Assembly: GCA_002343985.1 (NCBI GenBank)
Contig: DDTB01000023.1
Span: forward strand, 11,758-75,757
Length of the DNA stretch: 64,000 bases
Origin: Chitinophagaceae bacterium UBA2375
GTDB taxonomy: Bacteria > Bacteroidota > Bacteroidia > Chitinophagales > Chitinophagaceae
Direction: 5' to 3'
Shown here: in pieces, positions 57,529-64,000 of the stretch
Numbering within the stretch: the first letter of the stretch is position 1
How the letters are laid out: every line of letters starts with the position of its first letter
Translations under genes and position numbers: made by a program
Notes under the pieces: generated by a model
The model's database searches: none
Told to the model about the DNA's origin: nothing
Seen by the model: the letters and a program-made list of their open reading frames with translations, nothing else

Positions 57529-58597
57529 ACTTCGCATAAACCTGGTCCTGCCTTTTCCCGTAACTAAACCTGTGGGCGGAGCCAAAGTCATGTACGAATA
57601 TGCGAACAGGCTGGCTGCGAAAGGCCATGACGTTTGTATGTACCATAGCATCAAACGCCCGTATAAAAAATCATCCACACCTGTTTGGCTGAAGCAGTTG
57701 ATTTTTGCGATCAGGGGCGTCGCGCGCCCGGCCTGGTTCCCTTTGGATGAAAGGATTGAGAGCCGCATTGTGCCATCCATAACGGATAAGCATATCCGCG
57801 ATGCGGATATCATCATGGGTACCTGGTGGCAGATGACTTATGCGATCAGCGCATTGCATGAGCGAAAGGGTAAAAAATTCAACCTGATCCAGGATTATGA
57901 AACCTGGGCGGGCCAGCAGGATAAGGTTGACGCCAGTTTTTCATTACCGGTACAACCCCTCGCCATTGCCCGTCACCTCCAGGACCTGGTATCGCGGAAA
58001 GCTCCGGGTATCAGCGCGATTCATATCCCCAACGCGATTGATGAAAAATCATTTTTTCTTGAAACGCCAATTGAATCAAGATCCCGGGGAAGCATCATCA
58101 TGCTCTATTCTGAGGAACCGCGCAAAGGAACTACATACGGGCTTGAAGCCCTGCGCATGGTCCATGAACAATTTCCGGGCTTAGCAGTGACCCTGTTTGG
58201 CGTCTATCCCCCACCGTCAGGTTTGCCGGCGTACGCGAACTACTTCCAAAGGCCAGGGAACCTGCGCAGTTTATACAACGCATCATCTATTTTTATTAGT
58301 CCCAGCCTGGGCGAAGGATGGGCCCTGCCACCGGCGGAAGCCATGGCTTGTGGCTGCGCGGTGGTTTGTACAAACATCGGAGGGCACCTCGATTATGCCA
58401 TCGATCATACATCGGCACTGCTTTGCGAAACGGAAAACCCGCGGCAATTAGCAGATAAAATATTGCAGTTGATCCGCGATGATACCTACCGGCAACGCAT
58501 AGCCAATGGCGGACAGTCATTGATCCGGACTGAATTCAGTTGGGACCGTTCTGTTGAAAAACTTGAAGCCTGCTTCAGCAAGTCCCCCGAAAAATAA
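57521..58597 (+). CDS. GT4 glycosyltransferase
   Basis: GGAKVMYEYAN, IQDYE, EGWALPPAEAMACG. Confidence 0.88.
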   Translation: MHKLRINLVLPFPVTKPVGGAKVMYEYANRLAAKGHDVCMYHSIKRPYKKSSTPVWLKQLIFAIRGVARPAWFPLDERIESRIVPSITDKHIRDADIIMGTWWQMTYAISALHERKGKKFNLIQDYETWAGQQDKVDASFSLPVQPLAIARHLQDLVSRKAPGISAIHIPNAIDEKSFFLETPIESRSRGSIIMLYSEEPRKGTTYGLEALRMVHEQFPGLAVTLFGVYPPPSGLPAYANYFQRPGNLRSLYNASSIFISPSLGEGWALPPAEAMACGCAVVCTNIGGHLDYAIDHTSALLCETENPRQLADKILQLIRDDTYRQRIANGGQSLIRTEFSWDRSVEKLEACFSKSPEK

Positions 58598-58643
58598 TTT
58601 TTTTATACCTGCTTGTTTGTGAAATTTGAATGCGGAAAAGCAC

Positions 58644-59279
58644 ATGACAAATTTCATTCCAATATTTCCATTAGGGCTGGTGGTTTACCCAGGCGAAAAC
58701 CTGAACCTGCACATATTTGAACCCAGGTACAAACAACTGATCCGCGAATGCGTGGAACAACAAAAGCCTTTTGGCATCCCGGCCGTGCTCGATAACCAGG
58801 TGAAAGAAATGGGCACGCTCGTAAATGTGGTGGAGATCGTTAAAGTATATGACAACGACGAAATGGATATCAAAACCCGCGGCGCGGACGTGTTCCGTAT
58901 TTTAGAAGTGATTAGGGAGATACCGGAAAAAATGTACAGCGGGGCCATCGTGAATTATCCGCCCAATAATATCCACGGCAGTTCACAACTCATGAAAACC
59001 GTTCTCGACGGCCTCCGTGCCCTGCACCAAAACCTGGGTGTCGATAAAAAATTCCCAAAGCCCGACCACGAACTGCTGAGTTATGATATCGCGCACCATA
59101 TTGGGTTAAGCCTGCAGGATGAATACCGCCTGCTTGAATTCACCCAGGAACTGCACCGGCAGGAGTTTTTGAAAAGGCATATCCAAAAAGTGTTGCCCGT
59201 GATGAAGGAAATGGAAGAACTGAAAGAAAAAATAAAACTCAACGGGCATTTTAAATCACTTCCCGGGTTTACCAACTAA
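58644..59279 (+). CDS. Lon protease substrate-binding (N-terminal) domain protein
   Basis: IPIFPL..VVYPG..LNLHIFEPRY. Confidence 0.88.
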   Translation: MTNFIPIFPLGLVVYPGENLNLHIFEPRYKQLIRECVEQQKPFGIPAVLDNQVKEMGTLVNVVEIVKVYDNDEMDIKTRGADVFRILEVIREIPEKMYSGAIVNYPPNNIHGSSQLMKTVLDGLRALHQNLGVDKKFPKPDHELLSYDIAHHIGLSLQDEYRLLEFTQELHRQEFLKRHIQKVLPVMKEMEELKEKIKLNGHFKSLPGFTN

Positions 59280-59286
59280 CCAGCTT

Positions 59287-60012
59287 ATGATAAACACCCT
59301 CTGCCTCGACTTTGGAAACACCCGCCTCAAAGCAGCCATTTTTCATGGAGACCAAATGATACAGGAAAGGGTACTGACTGATGGCAGCCCCGAAACCATT
59401 ACCGGTCTGTTACAGGAATTTGAACCGCAGCGGTCCATCCTCGCCTCCGTCATCAACCATGATCCGGAGATTGAAAGCTTGCTGGACAACCAGACCAAAT
59501 TCCACAAACTATCCGCGTTAACAAAGCTGAATTTCAGCACACCCGTTGGAAAACCAGAGACCATCGGCGCTGACCGGTTGGCTTTGGCCGCTGCGGCCGT
59601 TCATTTTTTTCCGGGCAGGAATAACCTGATCATCGGCCTCGGCAGTTGCATCACCTACAACTTCATCAACCAGTACCATCAATTTTTAGGCGGGAATATC
59701 TCCCCGGGCATGGATATGCGTTTCAGGGCCATGCATGAGTTCACTGCCAAACTGCCATTGGTTCAGGCCGAATGGAATATCCCGCTCCTGGGTTACGACA
59801 CCAAAACCAATATGCAAAGCGGCGTCATACTTGGCATGGCCGGCGAAATTGACGGTATGATCGAACGCTATGCCGCCAGGTTCGGGAACTTTAACGTGGT
59901 TTTAACCGGGGGCAATTCAGCCTATTTTGCCAGTCTGCTTAAAAACAGGATATTTGCCGACTTTAATTTTTTATTCAAAGGATTGTATGCAATTAGCGAA
60001 ATCAACCAATAA
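59287..60012 (+). CDS. coaX: Type III pantothenate kinase
   Basis: DFGNTRLK, IGADR, LGSCIT, GGNISPG, LTGG. Confidence 0.93.
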   Translation: MINTLCLDFGNTRLKAAIFHGDQMIQERVLTDGSPETITGLLQEFEPQRSILASVINHDPEIESLLDNQTKFHKLSALTKLNFSTPVGKPETIGADRLALAAAAVHFFPGRNNLIIGLGSCITYNFINQYHQFLGGNISPGMDMRFRAMHEFTAKLPLVQAEWNIPLLGYDTKTNMQSGVILGMAGEIDGMIERYAARFGNFNVVLTGGNSAYFASLLKNRIFADFNFLFKGLYAISEINQ

Positions 60013-61348
60013 CTGGCTGGCTGTTTTTTCCGGACTCTTCCTCACCATACTCTCCTCCCTCCCTACCCTGGCACAGGAAAATTCTCCTTATTCCCGGTAT
60101 GGGTTAGGAGATGTTGTGCCTAACCAGAATGTGGTTAACCGGGGCATGGGCGGATTGTCGATTGCCGTGCCGAATTTCCTGAGCATCAACCTGAACAACC
60201 CCGCGGCGCTGGGAAATATTTCGAATACGCGCAATTTTTCGAACGCTATGTTTGACCTGGGCGGCGAAATTGATATCCGTACACTGCGCAGCACCGTAAC
60301 GCCCGATAAATTCAAATCCGTCAACACCCTGATCTCTTACCTGCAGGTAGCCTTCCCGGTTTCTTCGAAGAAAATGGAAAAGAAAGGCACCTATTGGGGT
60401 GTAAGCCTTGGTCTTCGCCCGGTATCGCGCATCAATTATAAGATTGAAAAAAGGGAGCGCCTGGCCGGCATCGATAGCTTGCAAACATTATACGAAGGTT
60501 CCGGCGGGCTCAACCAGGTGAATGTCAGCACAGGTATTCGTATCAAAAACCTGAACATCGGTATCAGCGGTGGCTATACTTTCGGCACAAAAGATTACAG
60601 CACCAAACTGAATTTCATCAACGATTCAGTCACCTACCTCAAATCGAATACTGAAGCTACATCTCAATTTGGTGGCGCTTTCCTGAACGCGGGATTACAG
60701 TATGTGATCAACACCAAAAAAGGCGGCGCGGTGAACCTCGGCGGCTTTGTCAATTTGCAGCATACGCTCAACGCGACAAGAGATAAAATCAACGAAACAT
60801 TTTCATTCAATTCCGTTGGGTCCACCACCACCATCGACACCGTTGCCTACCGCGATGAAGAAGATGGAAAAGTGAGGATGCCGATGACATATGGCATTGG
60901 CTTCACTTACCAGGACAAAAACAGGAACTGGATGTTTGGCGCCGAGTTTGAATCGACACGATGGACTGATTACCGTTTTTATGAAGAGAAAGACGAGGTG
61001 CAGGATAGCTGGGTGATCAGGGCCGGTGCCGAATATTACCCGGCAAGACCCAATGCCCCTACTTTGAAATACTGGAATTTTGTAAAATACAGGGCAGGGT
61101 TTTCTTATGGCCCAGATTATATCCGGCTGAATAAAAACAGGAACAATTACTCGGCATCTTTGGGTGCCAGCTTCCCGCTGACCAATGCCCAGCGCATCCG
61201 GTTCGGAGAATATGTATTGCTGAATACGGCAGTTGAAATTGGCGGGCGCGGCAACAAACAATCCGAGAGTCTTCGCGAGAGCATCCTCCGTTTCAGCTTC
61301 GGCATTTCCATGAACGCGCGCTGGTTCCAGAAAAGAAGCTACGATTAA
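59987..61348 (+). CDS. Outer-membrane beta-barrel protein (FadL-like, coaX-lptC associated)
   Basis: Signal peptide, NSPYSRYGLG, NPAALG, YEGSGGLN, terminal WFQKRSYD. Confidence 0.75.
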   Translation: MQLAKSTNNWLAVFSGLFLTILSSLPTLAQENSPYSRYGLGDVVPNQNVVNRGMGGLSIAVPNFLSINLNNPAALGNISNTRNFSNAMFDLGGEIDIRTLRSTVTPDKFKSVNTLISYLQVAFPVSSKKMEKKGTYWGVSLGLRPVSRINYKIEKRERLAGIDSLQTLYEGSGGLNQVNVSTGIRIKNLNIGISGGYTFGTKDYSTKLNFINDSVTYLKSNTEATSQFGGAFLNAGLQYVINTKKGGAVNLGGFVNLQHTLNATRDKINETFSFNSVGSTTTIDTVAYRDEEDGKVRMPMTYGIGFTYQDKNRNWMFGAEFESTRWTDYRFYEEKDEVQDSWVIRAGAEYYPARPNAPTLKYWNFVKYRAGFSYGPDYIRLNKNRNNYSASLGASFPLTNAQRIRFGEYVLLNTAVEIGGRGNKQSESLRESILRFSFGISMNARWFQKRSYD

Positions 61349-61354
61349 TCACAA

Positions 61355-61921
61355 ATGCGTATCTCTCCCCGATACCTGACCATGGCCCTCGCGGTTGTTA
61401 TTGCGGCTTCATCCTGCGAAAACAACCCGGAAGAGGTGAACCGGGTGCTGGGAAAAAAAACCAGCATTGAAGAAGCCCGGCAGGTACAGGTCACTTATAC
61501 CATCGGCGGAAAAACAAAAGCCATCCTCACCGCGCCCATCATGTGGAATGTGCAGGATACGGCCAATTATGTAGAGTTCCCCAAAACGGTACATGTTGAT
61601 TTTTACAATGAAAGCGCGCAATTAGAAAGCAAGCTCGACGCTATCTACGCGAAATACAAACGCAATGCCAGTGTGGTGTATATCAAAGACAGCGTGCGGG
61701 TTATCAATATGCTCAAAGGCGATACCCTGTATTGCGATGAATTGTATTGGGACCGCAGCCGCGTTGGCGCTGAATTCTATACCAACAAACCGGTGCGCAT
61801 CCGGACCAAAACACAGGTCATCAACGGCGTGGGCATGGAAGCCCGACAGGATTTCAGGGAATGGCATATCATTCAATCAACCGGCACCCTCGAACTCCCC
61901 GCATCCAAATTCCCCGGGTAA
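61355..61921 (+). CDS. lptC: LPS export ABC transporter periplasmic protein LptC
   Basis: AASSC lipobox, EFPK.VHVDFY, GDTLYCDELYWD, GVGMEA. Confidence 0.82.
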   Translation: MRISPRYLTMALAVVIAASSCENNPEEVNRVLGKKTSIEEARQVQVTYTIGGKTKAILTAPIMWNVQDTANYVEFPKTVHVDFYNESAQLESKLDAIYAKYKRNASVVYIKDSVRVINMLKGDTLYCDELYWDRSRVGAEFYTNKPVRIRTKTQVINGVGMEARQDFREWHIIQSTGTLELPASKFPG

Positions 61922-62005
61922 GCCTTCCGCATTCCCCTTCTCACACAGTTGCCATATCCTGAGCAAGGATAACGTATCTTCGGCATCCACTTAAACATCA
62001 TTGAC

Positions 62006-62995
62006 ATGGAATACAGAAGACTGGGAAGGTCAGGCCTCCAGGTTAGTGTTTTGTCGTTTGGGAGCTGGGTTAGTTTCAGCAAACAAATCAACGATAAAAT
62101 CGCGGAAGACCTGATGGGTTACGCCTACGACCAGGGTATTAATTTTTTTGATAACGCTGAAGTATATGCGCTGGGAGAAAGTGAGAAGATGATGGGCCGC
62201 GTGTTGAAAAAGAAAAAATGGGACAGAAGCTCCTTTGTGGTATCATCAAAAGCTTTTTGGGGATGGCGCGGGAAAGACAACAAACCCAACCAAACGGGCT
62301 GCAGCCGAAAACATTTGACGGAAGCCTGCAACGAAGCCTTACAGCGACTGCAGGTAGATTACCTCGATCTGTATTTCTGCCACAGGCCCGACAAAAACAC
62401 GCCGATTGAAGAAACAGTATGGACCATGAATAACCTGATACAACAAGGTAAAATTTTGTATTGGGGTACGAGTGAATGGAGCGGCGTGGAGATCATGGAA
62501 GCCCACCGGGTGGCGGAGAAAAACCGGCTGATCGGTCCAACGATGGAGCAACCGCAATACAATATGTTTGAGCGGGAGAAGATGGAGAAAGAATACCTCG
62601 ACATATTCCGGACCGTTGGCATGGGAACTACTATCTGGAGCCCTTTAGCTACGGGCCTTTTGAGTGGTAAATACAATGACGGCATCCCAAAAGGCAGCAG
62701 GTTTAGCCTGCAGGGGTTTGATTGGCTGAAAGACAGGTGGCTGACAGATGAGAAACTGAAAAAAGTGAAAAAGCTGTCTGCCCTTGCAGAAAAGCTTGGT
62801 ATCAGCACGGCTTGCCTGGCGATTGCCTGGTGCATCCGCAACCCGAATGTGAGCACGGCCATATTAGGCGCCACCAAAAAACAACAACTGGCCGAAAACC
62901 TGAAAGCGCTGGATGCCGTAAGTTTACTAACGGAAGATGTAATGGGAAAGATTGACGAGATTATGAAAAACAAACCGGTATTACCAGATTACTGA
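62006..62995 (+). CDS. Aldo/keto reductase (Kv-beta-like)
   Basis: YRRLGRSGL.VS, FFDNAEVY, DYLDLYFCH, YWGTSEW, WSPLA.GLL.GKY. Confidence 0.93.
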   Translation: MEYRRLGRSGLQVSVLSFGSWVSFSKQINDKIAEDLMGYAYDQGINFFDNAEVYALGESEKMMGRVLKKKKWDRSSFVVSSKAFWGWRGKDNKPNQTGCSRKHLTEACNEALQRLQVDYLDLYFCHRPDKNTPIEETVWTMNNLIQQGKILYWGTSEWSGVEIMEAHRVAEKNRLIGPTMEQPQYNMFEREKMEKEYLDIFRTVGMGTTIWSPLATGLLSGKYNDGIPKGSRFSLQGFDWLKDRWLTDEKLKKVKKLSALAEKLGISTACLAIAWCIRNPNVSTAILGATKKQQLAENLKALDAVSLLTEDVMGKIDEIMKNKPVLPDY

Positions 62996-62997
62996 TT

Positions 62998-63360
62998 ATG
63001 GCATCCATAAAGATTTATGGTATCCCAAACTGCGATACCATTAAGAAAACCATCAAGTGGTTTGAGAAGCAGGGCTTCGAATACGCTTTTCATGATTATA
63101 AAAAAGAAGGCATCAAAAAAGGCAAATTGCAGGAATGGTGCCGGAAAGCCGGTTGGGAAACGGTTATGAATAAACGAAGTACCACCTGGCGGGAAACTGA
63201 TCCCTTGGTACAAGCCGGAATAACAAATGCAAACGCGGCGATTGGTTTGATGATGGAAGCGCATAGCCTGATCAAGCGGCCCGTGATTGAAACGGGAAAA
63301 GGGATCATCGTAGGTTTCGATGAAAAAAATATTCTTTCACAATTAAAACAGATCACATGA
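62998..63360 (+). CDS. ArsC/Spx/YffB-family protein
   Basis: YGIPNCDTIKK, FHDYKK, LIKRPV. Confidence 0.9.
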   Translation: MASIKIYGIPNCDTIKKTIKWFEKQGFEYAFHDYKKEGIKKGKLQEWCRKAGWETVMNKRSTTWRETDPLVQAGITNANAAIGLMMEAHSLIKRPVIETGKGIIVGFDEKNILSQLKQIT

Positions 63361-63767
63361 AACGTCATGCAACAGCCGTTTGGAGCGGCACCGGAAAAGA
63401 AGGAAATGGCCACCTGACCACGCAAAGCACCGTGTTGAACGAAACACAGTACTCTTACCTGAGCCGATTCGAAAATGGCATTGGCACCAACCCGGAGGAA
63501 CTGGTAGCCGCGGCACACGCGGGATGTTTCACCATGAAACTGAGTTTTGTATTGAATGCGGCAGGCTTTACCGCCAGCAATATTGAAACGCGTTGCGATA
63601 TCACACTCGAAAGCGGCAGCATTACCGAATCGCATTTATCGGTGAAAGCCACGGTACCCGGTATCAGCAAAGAACAGTTTGATGCGGCCGTAGCGGATGC
63701 GAAAGAAAACTGCCCGATTTCAAAATTGTACCGTACGAATATCACGCACGAAGCAACCTTATCATAA
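63357..63767 (+). CDS. osmC: OsmC-family peroxiredoxin
   Basis: RFE..GTNPEELVAAAHAGCFTM, KENCPISK. Confidence 0.92.
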   Translation: MKRHATAVWSGTGKEGNGHLTTQSTVLNETQYSYLSRFENGIGTNPEELVAAAHAGCFTMKLSFVLNAAGFTASNIETRCDITLESGSITESHLSVKATVPGISKEQFDAAVADAKENCPISKLYRTNITHEATLS

Positions 63768-63793
63768 ACCGGCTTCGGCCTTAACCTTTGTTT

Positions 63794-64000
63794 ATGTCGT
63801 TTCAAGATAAAACGGTCTTTATCACCGGCGCCTCGCGTGGTATTGGTAAAGCCATTGCACTCCGTCTCGCCAGGGAAGGCGCCCGAATTGTGGTAGCGGC
63901 TAAGTCAACCGAAGAAAACCCAAAACTGGGCGGCACCATTTTTTCCGCCGCGGAAGACATCATCGCGGCCGGCGGACAAGCATTGCCCGTGGCCTGTGAT
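63794..64000 (+). CDS. SDR-family oxidoreductase (partial; runs off the window end)
   Basis: Manual translation MSFQDKTVFITGASRGIGKAIALRLAREGARIVVAAK..., containing TGxxxGIG. Confidence 0.88.
   Translation, partial: MSFQDKTVFITGASRGIGKAIALRLAREGARIVVAAKSTEENPKLGGTIFSAAEDIIAAGGQALPVACD

Noticed and set aside
11498-63767. Apparent enrichment of DNA-repair genes (TopIB, tag, pcrA, polA, uvrB) as one island
   Set aside because: Scattered over ~38 kb in separate transcription units; ordinary chromosomal distribution
1-64000. CRISPR arrays, tRNA/rRNA/tmRNA/RNase P genes, prophage or integrase
   Set aside because: No regularly spaced direct repeats or recognisable RNA-gene signatures in the intergenic gaps, and no phage or integrase ORFs; the GH25 lysozyme has no holin or phage context

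Overview
Bacteroidota DNA, densely coding (~62 CDS); no rRNA, tRNA or CRISPR array was recognised. The window has two compositionally different parts. Bases 1 to ~13.9 kb are AT-richer and carry gltB-gltD, a beta-carbonic anhydrase, a type IB topoisomerase with an overlapping coiled-coil ORF, a very AT-rich LuxR cassette beside a decayed REP-associated transposase, and a DUF2975-XRE pair. Bases ~14-64 kb have more GC-rich codon usage, resemble Chitinophagaceae, and carry mostly housekeeping genes (pnuC, NifU, uvrD/pcrA, rpoN, polA, uvrB, typA, meaB, glf, coaX, lptC, osmC). Best candidates for undescribed biology: (1) a stand-alone RnfD/NqrB-like membrane protein lacking the FMN-carrying loop, coupled to a Cys-motif DUF2330 protein; (2) a TopIB translationally coupled to an orphan coiled-coil protein; (3) a two-gene LuxR cassette bracketed by an 11-bp direct repeat tied to REP/RAYT remnants; (4) a 25-codon ORF within a hairpin-rich intergenic region at 21.1-21.4 kb. 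Family names come from motif recognition by eye, not database searches. Start codons were often moved downstream of the ORF track starts.
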